Assembly (NCBI GenBank): GCA_951406725.2
Contig: OX597818.1
Location: 134,292,001 to 134,356,000 of the forward strand
From: Octopus vulgaris
Taxonomy: Eukaryota
Length of the DNA: 64,000 nucleotides
Reading direction: 5' to 3'
Shown here: piece by piece, positions 1-13,123 of the stretch
Position numbering within the stretch: the stretch's first letter is position 1
Layout of the letters: each line of letters begins with the position of its first letter
Position numbers and translations under genes: made by a program
Notes under the pieces: model-generated
The model's input: only the letters and a program-made list of their open reading frames with translations
Database searches by the model: none
What the model was told of the DNA's origin: nothing

Positions 1-189
1 GACCTGCAGTTTGGAAATACAATAATTATAAATATGAATGTGATAGGACATGCGCCACTGGGGCTTATACAGTTACTCAGGATGGTAATATTTCAACTCT
101 TACAATCAAAAACGTATCTTGGGAATTCTCAAAGTGGTCTTTTAGCGATGATGAGTTACGAGTTGCACACCTTAAACTTGACATAAAAG
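1..189 (+). CDS. Host gene exon (starts upstream of window): V/I-like immunoglobulin domain
   Basis: Open frame from nt 3: PAVWKYNNYKYECDRTCATGAYTVTQDGNISTLTIKNVSWEFSKWSFSDDELRVAHLKLDIK. Ig-type Trp and STLTIKNV E-strand motif. Donor AAG|GTAAG at 189/190, phase 1. Confidence 0.8.
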
Positions 190-206
190 GTAAGGAAATA
201 TTTCTA

Positions 207-400
207 TTCTTTTACTCTTTTACTTGTTTCAGTCATTGACTGTGGCCATGCTGGAGCACCGCCTTTAGCAGAGCAAATCGACCCCAGGACTTATTCTTTG
301 TAAGTCTTGTACTCATTCTATCAGTCTCTTTTGCCGAACCACTAAATTACGGGGATGTAAACACACCAGCATTGGTTGTCAAGCAATGTTGGGGGGACAA

Positions 401-437
<37 letters not shown>

Positions 438-592
438 CATATATAGGACAGGCTTCTTTCAGTTTCCATCTACCAAATCTACTCACAAGGCTTTTGTTGG
501 CCCAAGTAGAAGACACTTGCCCAAGGTGCCACACTGTGGGACTGAACCCGGAACCATGTGGTTGGTAAGCAAGCTACTTACCACACAGCCAC
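207..592 (-). mobile_element. tRNA-derived SINE, family B (internal CA/TA microsatellite, GTAAAAGA tail)
   Basis: Near-identical to copies at 6667-7074, 30250-30660, 45530-45930, 49615-50008, 51646-52010. Head GGCTGTGTGGTAAG...GGTTCAGTCCC gives A/B boxes on the minus strand. Confidence 0.85.
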
Positions 593-975
593 GATGATAA
601 TAATTATCAAACAAATGTTTTATAATGTTTATGAATTTGCTTTGCAAATTTTTTATAAAAGAGAGCTAATTATAATATTAAATCAAAATCAAAGATTTTG
701 ACTTCACTATTTCAAAGTTCTTTTTTGTACAAGTGATTTCTTTTCCTTGTAATATCTCTTGTGGGATAGTTAACCAAATGGTCTAGTTAGTTTAACCGTT
801 ATTTCATCCCTATAATAAATGCCATACAAACTATTGATATTTTCTGGTATTTTATTTTTAAAGGAAGAATTGGAATAAAAAAAATATCAAAAGCAAAAAG
901 TGGAAGCACTGCTGCCTTTGTGTAACAAAATATAACATTGGATTCTGTCCCTTTAATAACACACACGCATAGGTA

Positions 976-1011
<36 letters not shown>

Positions 1012-1142
1012 CAGGGTGTCCCAAAAAAATGTATACACACCTTAAATAATTGTAAATTTGTTATTCTTTGTAAGCCTAGTACTTATTCTATTGCTCTCTT
1101 TTGCCGAACAACTATGTGTATACATTTTTTTGGGACACCCTG
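1012..1142. mobile_element. Tc1/mariner-type MITE
   Basis: ~27-bp TIRs CAGGGTGTCCCAAAAAAATGTATACACA, flanked by TA on both sides. Interior contains a SINE-B fragment. Confidence 0.8.
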
Positions 1143-2089
1143 TATATATATATATATATATATATATATGATTTGATTTTGATTTGATTTTTCCAGTTTC
1201 AGCTATATATATATCATGTGTTATGTGAATTTATGGATTTTTCCAGTTTCAGATATATATATATCATGTGTTATGTGAATTTATGGAAAGGTATCCCATA
1301 AAACTCAACAAATTTGTTAAAAATAGAGAAGAGAAATGTTGAAATTTAAGAGAATTTTAATTCATGTATACAATCATTTCAAACAACGATATTACAATCA
1401 TGCAAATTCATAGTTGAATAAGAAATATTAAATTAATTTAATTTAATTAAATTAATTATATATCATTTTTCTCCTCAGTGCAAGAAGTATAAACAAAAAA
1501 TTATTACAAATGACTTAATGAAGGGAATAGCAGAGAATGATCTTGGACATTCATATTTATCCTTATATGAAATACAAGCATCATAATAATGAGTGTGAGT
1601 CCTGTTAGGTATAAACAAAAACTAAGGCAACTAATGATAATTTGAAAATATAAGTGAAAAAGATTTTGTGAGACGTTCCCTCTATAGAAGATAAAGGAGA
1701 TAAGTGATTCTAACTCCAAACTGGACTTGGAAGCACTCCGTCGGTTCCGACGACGAGGGTTCCTGTTGATCTGAATCAACGGAACAGCCTGCTCGTGAAA
1801 TTAAGTCCCGGGGTCGATTTGCTCGACTAAAGGCGGTGCTCCAGCATGGCCGCAGTCAAATGACTGAAACAAGTAAAAGAGTAAAAGAGAATGCTAAAAT
1901 CGTAAATACAGAAAAAATGGTAACGAAACTAAAATCCGTTATAAGGGTTAAGTTGCCCAAGGAGATGTACGGTGATACTGTGAAAGCGATTTTAATCAAC
2001 AAAGAAAAATATAGCAAGTTGAAGGAAACGTGTAATGTTGAACCACCGGGATTCATGGTGGAGTTTGATGAACTACCACCAGTAGTGGA

Positions 2090-2473
2090 TGGAAGCACTC
2101 TGTCGGTTACGACAACGAGGGTTCTGGTTGATCTGAATCAACGGAACAGCCTGCTCGTGAAATTAACGTGTAAGTGGCTGAGCACTCCACAGACACGTGT
2201 ACCCTTAACGTAGTTCTCGGGGATATTCAGCGTGACACAGAGAGTGACAAGGCCGGCCCTTTGAAATACAGGTACAACAGAAACAGGAAGTAAGAGTGAG
2301 AGAAAGTTGTGGTGAAAGAGTACAGCAGGGATCACTACCACCCTCTGCCGGAGCCTAGTGGAGCTTTAGGTGTTTTCGCTCAATAAACACTCACAACGCC
2401 CGGTCTGGGAATCGAAACCGCGATCCTACGACCGCAAGTCCGCTGCCCTAACCACTGGGCCATTGCGCCTCCA
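2090..2473 (-). mobile_element. tRNA(Arg)-like SINE, family A (probably octopus OR-type)
   Basis: Head GGAGGCGCAATGGCCCAGTGGTTAGGGCAGCGGAC...GGTTTCGATTCC. About 380 bp, more than 9 copies in the window. Confidence 0.85.
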
Positions 2474-2787
2474 CTAACTCCAAATAAGTCATGTGTGTAA
2501 AGGAAGTTTAATAGAGATGTCCAATGGAAAAGCATAGTTATGTTTGAATTAGGATATGACCTGACAGTTATAAACAATACTAGGTGTTGTGTATATTTAA
2601 AAAAGATTTTTATATGAGGATGAAGTTAAACTAGAGTATGTAGTATATGGATGGCTGCTGGAATGTAATGTAAACATGTATTAAGGGGTGGAAATGCTTA
2701 AAGCGCTATGTAAAATGGAGTTGTGTTAGTGTAAGAACTAATATTCATTTGTATGTATTAAATATAAGGTAAAAAATTAATAAGCAC

Positions 2788-3224
<437 letters not shown>

Positions 3225-5612
3225 GGAGTATCAAAATAACAAACTCGGCATCTGAACAACTTTGGACCCCCATAACAACTGAAGAGGTCACCCAGGCACT
3301 GCAAAGACTAAGTAACTGGAAGGCACCTGGGCATGACAAGATCCCCAACTTCTGGTTGAAATATCTAACAGGAATGCACAAAAAGCTGGCTGAAAACTTT
3401 AACAACATACTAGCAGAGCCAGAGCCAATGCCTGAATGGCTCACGAAGGGGAAAACCATCTTAATTCCCAAATCAAATGAGACAGCAAATGTTCAAGGCA
3501 TTTACTGCAGTGATATCGCAAAGGTTGAACAAGCACCTGGACGAAAACAAACTGTTCCCAGAAGAGCAGAAAGGATGCCGCAAAGGCTCATATGGCTGTA
3601 AAGATCAACTAATGATTAATAAAGCCATAACTGAAGACAGCCACAGAAAGAAGAAAGGCCTCAGTATGGCCTGGATTGACTACAAAAAGGCGTTTGTTAG
3701 CATCCCCCACACATGGATCCTCGAAACACTAGCCATTAACAAAGTAGCACCAACAATCATAAAATTCATAGAGCACTCTATGAATAAATGGCAAACAGTC
3801 CTACACCTCCAAACAAAAGAGAGACTCATGAAAACCAAAGACATCCCCATTAGAAGAGGAATATTCCAGGGAGACACGCTCTCTCCACTCCTTTTCTGCT
3901 TGGCACTATCACCTCTATCTGATATACTAAATAGAACTGGATGCGGATATAAATGTTATGGCAAAATGATCAGCCACCTTTTATATACGCTGCAAATGAC
4001 AAACAGCTGGAAACACAATTAAAGACAGTTCATGGATTTACCAAAGAAATAGATATGAAATTTGGATTAGAAAAATGCGCCAAAGTAACCATGAAAAGAG
4101 GAAAACTAGTAAGAGTAGCAACATCACACTAGATAAAACCAATGAAATAAAAGAATTAGACCAAAGCCAAACTTACAAATACTTAGGAATCCATGAACTA
4201 GATAAGACACAACACACACAAATGAAAGAGAAAATAAAAAAAGAATATTATAGATGAGTTAGATCAATACTAAAAACAGAGCTCAATGCTAAAAACAAGA
4301 TAATAGGTATTAACACTTTAGCTGTCCCAGTTATAAGTTACAGCTACAATATCCTTAACTGGACACGAAATGAACTGACCAAAATAGATAGGAAAACAAG
4401 AAAAATAATGACAGGATCTAGGATGCATCACCCAAAATCTGACATAGGAAGACTATATATACAATGTATAGAAGGTGGTAGAGGCCTTATACAACTGGAA
4501 AACTACTATAAAATAACCACCATAGGACTGCAAAAATATCTACTTCAGAAGGAAGGAAAACTGATACAAATAGCGGCAAAACACGAGCAAAACAAAAAAC
4601 TGTTCTCAGTATTTAAGGAAGCTGACAAATACAAACAAGAAATCATACCACCTAATAAATATGAAGAAGAAGAAGAAACAACAAAAGCTATAAAACAAAT
4701 GAAATCCAAACTAAAAATAGAACAGCAACGAACCATGATAAAACGATGGCAAGAAAAGCCCCTTCATGGCAAATACTGGACAAAACTAAACGCAAAAGAA
4801 ATAGACAAAGAAAAATCCCAGCAATGGTTGAGAAGCTCAGGACTCAAAGCAGAAACAGAGGGATTTTTAATTGCAGCACAAGACCAAAGTCTCCCCACCA
4901 GAAATTACCAAAAACATGTAATGAAAAGAAATATAACAAGTAACTGCAGAATATGTGGAGATGGACAAGAAACAATAAATCATATTATCTCTAGCTGCCC
5001 AGTCCTGGCTAAGAAGGAATATATTCACAGACATGACAGAGTTGGAACCTACATACATTGGAAGCTATGCCAACATTATGGAATAACAGCAGAAAAAAGA
5101 TGGTATAGGCACACACCAGAAAAGGTCACAGAAAACGAGAAAGCAACCATACTCTGGGATATGCCAATACACACAGATAGAGAAATTAAGGCCAACAGGC
5201 CAGATATAGTTGTCAGAGATCATGAAGAAAAAAAATGCTTTCTAATTGATGTATCAATACCGGCAGATGACAACGTGTCTCTAAAAGAAATGGAGAAACT
5301 CTCAAAATACAAAGACCTGGAAATAGAGGTAACCAGAATGTGGAATCTGAAAACAGAAACAATTCCTATCATAGTAGGTGCATTAGGCATGATAAAAAAA
5401 TATTCAGACAAATACATAACAAAAACACCAGGACTTACAAACACATATAACATACAGAAAATTGCACTACTAGGCACTGCACACATCCTACGCAGAACAC
5501 TTTCCATACAATAACCATCAGAGCATCACAACAAATCACAGCACCTACCCAAGGCACACAGAGCTGCGCTCGGTAGTGAAGTGAAAGCACGCTATAAAAA
5601 TAAAACTACTGA
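3225..5612 (+). mobile_element. 5'-truncated Dong/R4-clade non-LTR retrotransposon (RT plus restriction-like endonuclease), frameshifted
   Basis: RT motifs WIDYKKAF and RGIFQGDTLSP. CCHC knuckle CRICGDGQETINHIISSC. RHD, RPDIVV...IDVSIP, EKLSKY. Embedded in (AAT)n on both sides. Confidence 0.92.
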
Positions 5613-5624
5613 ATAATAATAATA

Positions 5625-5672
<48 letters not shown>

Positions 5673-5682
5673 GTAATAATAA

Positions 5683-6240
5683 ATGCCCTGATGCAGTACC
5701 AGGCAGTGGCTCTCATGGCTTCTGATCTTAACTGATTGGAAGTGTTATCATGTACATTGTTTTGTCTTGGTATAAAAGATGGGCTACAGCAAATATTCTG
5801 CTCAATACCACAGATTTGCTTGTCAGTTGTTTGACCTTAACCAGTTGAGCATGTCCCTTAGTGGCTGACGATATGTGCATCTCTGATCACGAGCAGAAGT
5901 AGTGGGGGAGCATCATAGCCATGTGTTGAGAAGGATTCTTTGGGGTTTGAATAATTCACCTCTGGAAACATGGGTGTTTCGTTCAACGTCCTTAAACAAC
6001 CCTTATTCAGGGACCTTTTGAGCGGGATGGGCTACTCGATCTGAAGAAAATTCTAACTGGGCTCCATCTACAAGGTCATGTGCTGTTTATCTTGATATGA
6101 GATCACCATGTCGTGCACATATGGTTGTGATGCATGTGCCTGGTGTACCCTTATCAGACGGGTAGTCATGATGGGTATACTGGGCTTCGTATATTTTACC
6201 CCAGTGTCACTTTGATGGCATGCTCTGCTCGCTCACTCAA
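5683..6240. mobile_element. Unclassified ~560-bp non-coding insertion within (AAT)n
   Basis: Higher-GC complex sequence bounded on both sides by AAT repeats, no credible ORF. Confidence 0.5.
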
Positions 6241-6251
6241 TAGTAATAATA

Positions 6252-6306
<55 letters not shown>

Positions 6307-6666
6307 TAATAATAATAATAATGATAATAATAATAATAATGATAATAATAATAATAATAATAATAGTAATAATAATAATAATAAGAAGAAGAAGAGAAGG
6401 CGGCTGGACGTGATAGAAGCTGGACGTGTTTTTCGCTGCTCTGACCAACCCAGCGTGACAACGGAAAAACTGGAAGATCTACTGTTTTCTGTGAGTAATT
6501 TGAATTTCCCTCAAAATAAGCTAAGGAACTTACATATCTACAGCTTTGCACATACAAGCGAACACCTAACGACTTTTATTTATACACTATAGAAAATAAA
6601 GAAGACAAAAGTCTCAGTAACTGAGAGGAGGGAAATATTTGGTATCATTGATTGTAAAGACTCCTA

Positions 6667-7074
6667 TACTCTTTTACTCTTTTACTTGTTTCAGTCATTT
6701 GACTGCGGCCATGCTGGAGTCGAGCAAATTGACCCCTGGGACTTATTCTTTGTAAGCCCAGTACTTATTCTATCGGCCTCTTTTTGCCGAACCGCTAAGT
6801 GATGGGGATTTAAACACACCAGCATCGGTTGTCAAGCAAAGCCAGGGGGACAAACACAGACACACAAACATATACACACACACTTATATATATATATACA
6901 TATATATATACGACAGGCTTCTTTCAGTTTCCGTCTACCAAATCCACTCACAAGGCATTGGTCGGCCCAGGGCTATAGCAGAAGACACTTGCCCAAGATG
7001 CCATGCAGTGGGACTGAACCCGGAACCATGTGGTTGGTTAGCAAGCTACTTACCACACAGCCACTCCTGCGCCT
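6667..7074 (-). mobile_element. SINE family B, full length
   Basis: Matches other family B copies head to tail. Confidence 0.88.
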
Positions 7075-7084
7075 ATATGTAAGA

Positions 7085-8015
7085 AAATAAAAAATAATGA
7101 AAATACACACTAGGGTCAATGGAAGTGTACTACCACTAAGGCTATAAAAGCAGATGTATCCCCAAAAGATTGATAAAAATACTCGAAAACCAACAAATCT
7201 CAGTAGGTAACATACTACTTTATGGGCAATGAATGGCACCAGGATACCATAATATAGTTTGGTAGTCCTTAGCATAAAGCACAAAAATTCCAGCACCATA
7301 CAAGCCCAATTTTTTTATGTGTGACAATGATGTAACAACATTAGGCCTAAAACTTTGTAGAAAGTTGGGCTTGGTGCAAATCAGCTATAGTATAACACCA
7401 TCAGATATAAGAAAACAACTGTGAAGCATAGAAGACTTTGCAAGTGAGAATCTTGAAGTATTTAAAGGCATTGGGAATTTTCCAAGAGAATCAAAAAATA
7501 CACATTGTTGAAAATATAACACTAGTGGTTCAACCTCCAAGAAAATATTCAGTGCACTTGAAAGATGAATTAAAAAAAAAGAATGAAATGAAATGGATGG
7601 TATTTGTGTGATCACAAAAGTAAACGAACCAATAGACTGGGTGAATGCAATCACATGTAGCAGGAAAAAATGGTGAGTTATAGATATGTTTAGATCCAAA
7701 ACCATTGAATAAATGCATTAAAAGAACTTATCACAAAGTCCCAACCCTTGAGGAAGTTTCCAACAAACTAGCAGGTACCAAATATTTCACAAAATTAGAT
7801 GCAGAATATGGGTTGTGGACAATAACATTTTGATAGAGAATCATGTCTTTCTACATGTTTCAATACACTGTTTGGACAGTACAGATATTTAAGGTATCCA
7901 TTTTTGTGCAAGGTGTTTCAGGACATTTTTCAGCAAAAAATGGACCAAATACTAGAAAACTGCACAAGAACCAATGGTATATCTGATGGTAATTGCATTT
8001 TTGGCAAAAGAATTG
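7085..8015 (+). pseudogene. Degenerate Gypsy/Ty3-type pol (RT) fragment
   Basis: Broken frames give CLDPKPLNKCIKRTYHKVPTLEEVSNKLAGTKYFTKLDA, FNTLFGQYRYLRYPF and QDIFQQKMDQILE. Confidence 0.8.
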
Positions 8016-8034
8016 AAGATCAGGATTTCCTGTA

Positions 8035-9965
8035 ACTGAAAGAGACAATATTCTCTTTAGAATACGAGCTGTACCCAACAATGCTGTCTTCTGGATCATC
8101 TCGAGCCTGACAGCAGCTCCAATATTCTTAATATGTTTTTCAAAGCCCTTGGAAACTGCTCTTAATGCCCCAATTACCACCAGTATCACCATTACTTTCC
8201 TTATGCCCCATAACTCACCTAATTCGTCCTGCAGTAGCTGGTATTTCTCAGTCTTTTCTGTTTCCTTACATTTCACCCTTGAATCACCTGGTATTGCAAC
8301 ATCTATTATCTTTACTTCTTTTTTATCTTTATGTATGAGCATATCTGGTTGTCTCGCTTCTATGACTTGGTCGCACTGCATGTTAAAATCCCACTGTGTT
8401 TTGTAATGTTTATTTTCCATTACTCTCTCTGGCTTTGTGTTCATACCATTGTTCAGCTCTCTCAAGGTTTGCTTTACTGCGCAACAGCCAGTAGATATAT
8501 CTGGCCACATTGTCATGACGCCTTTTATAATTCACACTGTGCAAGCTTACAGCACTCACTAACAATATGGCTTATACGTTCTCCCTTCAGAGCACATCCT
8601 ACACCGTAGTGAATCAGTGCTTTTATCAATGTGATATTTGAAGTAGTTTGTTTTGAGAGCTTGTTCTTGAGTGCTGCACACAAATGCCTCAGTGGCCCCT
8701 TTTAAGTCTCCTTTCTGCAGCCATTGCTAGGTTCTATTCAAATCAGTCTCTTCCTTATTCTTCAAGTATTGACTGTGCATTTTCTTGTCCTACCAAATTT
8801 TCTTCCCCTGCTCTCTCTCTTTCTGGTCTTTCTTAACTTGTGTTGGATCTACAGCTTTGTTCACTTTTAAGGTTCCCTACATTTTCACTGATTCAATCAT
8901 TTCTTCTTTACTCCCCTTGACATACCAAGCCAGGCTATTCTCCTCTTCCCTCACACAACCTTCACAACACACTAATCCCCCTCCTCCCTCCCTCCCTCTC
9001 TCCTTTATATACAATCTTGACACATCACTCTTGGGGTGTAGTTCTTTGTTTATTGTCATCATTGTCATTAATTTACATGTTCTCTCTCTTGTAATTCATG
9101 TTTCTTCCACGATGATTCCTGCTCCATATCTCATCAAAGCAACTGCCCACATGTAAATTGCTCTAATCTTATAGCGGCCTTTTAGCTTCAACTGGAGCAC
9201 AAGCCGAGTTCTCTTCAAATACTCTTTCCTGTACATTTCTTGTGTTCATTCATCTTCTCTCTTTCAATGATACCCAGCTATTTATATCCTTCCTCTCTGA
9301 CTTCCTTTATAGTTTCACCACTTCCCAGCTTGATCCCATAGCTTTTACGGATTTTCTCCCTTTTGAGAATCATTACACCACATTTCTCGATCCCAAATTC
9401 CATGCCAATATTTTTGCTAATCATCTGCACAAGTTGCCATCAAACTCCCAATTTCTTTCTCAGTCTTAGTGAATATCTTTAGGTCATCTATAAACCACAT
9501 GTTGTTTACTTTCACCATGCCTAGCATGTACACCACACACATCTTTCTTAAAATGCTTGTTAGTAGCAGTATACAACCAACAAATAGGAGAGGTGACATA
9601 CTGTCTCCTAAAAAGACTCCTCTTTTAATATTTACCTATCCCAGCTTATCTCCCCATGCTGTAAGTTCAATTCGCCACATTGTCATTGAGTTTTGTATTA
9701 CCTTCAGGATATTGTGTGAGACCTTAAGTAGTTTAAGGCATTCAATAATCCATGGGTGTAGGACCGTGTCATATGCTTTCCTGTAGTCCACCCATGCCAT
9801 CGCCAAATTTTTGTGTCCCTTCTTGCAATCTGCCAGGATAATCTTATCAATTAGTAATTGATCCTTCGTTCCTCTGCTCTTACATCTACACCCTTTTTAT
9901 TTCACTGGTAGTAGCTCACTCTCATCTAAGTACTTACAGATGCTGTTTGATATGATGCCCGTCAT
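8035..9965 (-). mobile_element. Second, more decayed Dong/R4-like LINE
   Basis: Fragments FIDDLK, LHPKSDVSRLY, WDF..QCDQVIEARQPD..IIDVAIPGD, IQKTALLGTARILK. Confidence 0.85.
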
Positions 9966-10062
9966 CTAGTGTGCCAAAATATTGTTCAACCAATTTCACA
10001 TGATATGGCACTCTTTTATTCATTTGTGTATAACTTCTGGATGAGTTACCTCGGTCCTATGT

Positions 10063-10127
<65 letters not shown>

Positions 10128-10133
10128 CATTGA

Positions 10134-10578
10134 TAAGGTAGTGAGCTAGCAGAATTGTTAGAACACTGGACAAAATGCTTAGTGGTATTTTGCCTATCAC
10201 TTTGTTCTGAGTTCAAATTCTGCCAAGGTGACTTTGCCTTTCATCCTTTCAGGGTCAATAAAATAAGTACCAGTTACACACTGGGGTCGATGTAATCGAC
10301 TAGCCCCTTCCACCAAAATTTTCAAGGCCTTGTACCTAGAGTAAAAATAACTATTATTATTATCATTATTTAGCAAGCAAAATTGTTAGCACACTGGACA
10401 AAGTGCTTCGTGATATTTTGTCTATCACTACGTTCTGAGTTCAAATTCCGCTGAGACTGACTTTGCCTTTCATCTTTTCAGGGTCAATAAATTAAATACC
10501 AGTTGAGTACTTGGGTCGATGTAATTGACTAGTCCCCTCCCCACAAACTTCAGGCCTTGCGCCTATCGTAGAAAAGAC
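10134..10578 (+). mobile_element. Two tandem diverged copies of SINE family D (Meta/MESC-like central domain)
   Basis: GACTTTGCCTTTCATCCTTTC-GGGGTCGATAAA..AAGTACCAG block shared with 23973-24100, 46483-46700, 50217-50449 and 61213-61432. Confidence 0.75.
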
Positions 10579-10725
10579 TTTAATTATTATTGATATTATT
10601 ATTTTTAAAATAAAGGAAGGAACACATATCATCATGGTGGAAAGTTAAGTCATTGAATTTATATGTGCCACACTACTTGTAATAATATCTTGGTTCTTTC
10701 CAGTCATCATTTTAAGTGCAGCAGT

Positions 10726-11105
10726 GGAGTCGCAATGGCAGAGTGGTTAGGGCAGCGGACTCGCGGTCGTAGGATCGTGGTTTCGATTCCCAGACCGGGC
10801 GTTGTGAGTGTTTATTGAGCGAAAACACCTAAACCTTCACGAGGCTCTGGCAGGGATGGTGGGGATCCCTGCTGTCCTCTTTCACCACAACTTTCTCTCA
10901 CTCTTACTTCCTGTTTCTGTTGTACCTGTATTTCAAAGGGCCGGCCTTGTCACTCTCTGTGTCACGCTGAATATCCCCGAGAACTACGTTAAGGGTACAC
11001 GTGTCTGTGGAGTGCTCAGCCACTTACGCGTTAATTTCACGAGCAGGCTGTTCCGTTGATCGGATCAACCGGAACCCTCGTCGTCGTAACCGACGGAGTG
11101 CTTCC
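10726..11105 (+). mobile_element. SINE family A, full length
   Basis: tRNA head. Flanking direct repeat TTAAGTGCAGC. Confidence 0.9.
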
Positions 11106-11233
11106 CCCCCCCCCCCATTAAGTGCAGCTCTGACCTCATAATCTAAAGACAAATTTTCTACCATATTATGAAGAAGACTTTATAAGTTGCCTGTACTCAC
11201 AGATGGTAATAATATTTGTGACATATTTTACAG

Positions 11234-11334
11234 TGAAACCAACGATTGAGATCGTGAATGAAACAGATTGTAAATACAATGTAACAGCAAAATGTTCTTT
11301 ACCTGTGACACGTATAGAATGTTACCTTGGAAAG
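11234..11334 (+). CDS. Host gene exon: first half of second (C-like) Ig domain
   Basis: Acceptor ttttacag|, phase-1 start matches previous exon. (V)KPTIEIVNETDCKYNVTAKCSLPVTRIECYLGK. Donor AAG|GTAAGT, phase 0. Confidence 0.85.
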
Positions 11335-12777
11335 GTAAGTAAGCAGAATTCTTTTTATCTGTGTTCATCTTTCTACCATTAAGCTACTCAACTCTGGACT
11401 AAGGATTGGAATGTTTTATATTATTCAAACTATCTGGAACAAGCATAGGGACTTTAGTAAGATTTGAACCTATGACTATGTGGTCACTAGTCTAGCAGCC
11501 ACTTAACTACACAGTCATTATTTTTTATTTCACAGGGTTGTTTTTTCTTCTTCTATGTTTTAATTTTGGATTAGATTTCAAGTTAATAAAACTGTAAGGA
11601 TTTGCATGCAGGTGGAGTTTTAGCTTTCCTGTTGCCACGTGTTATTTTAAACAAATGGAAATTTCTGTTAGACTTACAAAAATTTTAGATTCATCTTTAC
11701 TATGTGAATTATTTTAGCTACAAAAACTAATAATTTGCCACATAATTTTTGGCCTGTATTATTATTATACGTATCAAAATTTTTTATCTACACAAAACCT
11801 AATAATTCTCTTTCCGTACTTCTGATTCTTACTGTGACAACAACAATGCATAAGCTGTACTTTGTTATTTCATTTTAATTTCCCCTTTAGTAGCCTGACA
11901 TTAACCTTTTTCTAACCTGAGTAGAGTAAATTTTGCAAGTTCAGATACTCATATGCTTACCAGATTTACTTTGCATTGACACATCTGCTGTGAAATCAAA
12001 AATTTCTGGTATTTGTAGAAACTACAATGAGAGGTTCTAAGAGACAGTATAACCTAAAATTCGTAGAGAATGTGCAAAAGCTTAATTGTGTGTTGTTTAG
12101 GAATGGTAAGGATGTTGTGTGTGTTTCCTTGATTCGTGTCATATTTGTTTTTCAGTATAGTGGAATAAAACTAAAATGTCAAACTCAAATTTCAGAATAT
12201 CTCCAAGTCCTTTTAGTTAATGAAAGATATACTTTGACAAAGTCAACAAATTTTGTGTGATGACACTTAATTGCAGAAGAAGATGTTTCTGGAATAAAAG
12301 TGTCATATGTTTAGAACTGTATTTGATGCCTGTTCTATCAACTTCAGACTGCATGTCTATGCCCTTCCCTTAGACTATATTATTCTTTTATTCTTTTATT
12401 TGTTTCAGTCATTTGAATGTGGCCATGCTGAAGCATCGCCTTTAGTCGAACAAATTGACTCCAGGACTTATTCTTTGTAAGCCTGGTACTTATTCTGTCG
12501 GTCTCTTTCGCTGAACCATTAAGTTATGGGGACGTAAACACACCAACACCAGTTGTCACTCGAGTAAGTCATCCATGTAGGCCTTTCATGTGCCATAATG
12601 AGTTCTTGTCAGAGTATCTTTATATTGTATCAATTATGTTAACAAGTCAAGTAATTTTATTAGAAATGAATTGAGAAATAAATATGGTAAAATAAATGCA
12701 CTCCATAATGCTTTATAATGAAGATTTTAAAAATCATTCTCTCTCCTTCACTCTCTTTCTCTCTCTCTCTCTTTTAG

Positions 12778-12931
12778 GCTCTACAACCATTTATTTCAAA
12801 CAAAACAGAAACTTGTCCGGATGGAAAAACTTACACATCCAGTGCTACATTAGAACCTCCTTCTGGGAATCTGAAATGCAGCTTTACTATCGACAGCATA
12901 TTCAGTGCTGAACGAACTACAGAAGTTAATT
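12778..12931 (+). CDS. Host gene exon: second half of C-like Ig domain
   Basis: Long pyrimidine tract ending ttttag|. ALQPFISNKTETCPDGKTYTSSATLEPPSGNLKCSFTIDSIFSAERTTEVN with the DGxTYTxxSxL-type constant-domain motif. Donor T|GTGAG, phase 1. Confidence 0.85.
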
Positions 12932-13055
12932 GTGAGGGAATAATTTCATAAATTTTATAAATTCTATTGAAAATTGTTTAAAAATGTTCTTTATCTAAAT
13001 ATTTAATCTCTTTTTAAAAATTTTTTTTGGTTATATCCAACTTACTTCAAGTGTT

Positions 13056-13123
<68 letters not shown>

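Noticed and set aside
1186-1287. ~51-bp tandem duplication (a similar ~70-bp one at 31260-31400)
   Set aside because: Simple local slippage duplications with no further structure.
10726-10800. Functional tRNA genes at SINE heads
   Set aside because: No acceptor stem. Each continues into a SINE body bounded by TSDs.
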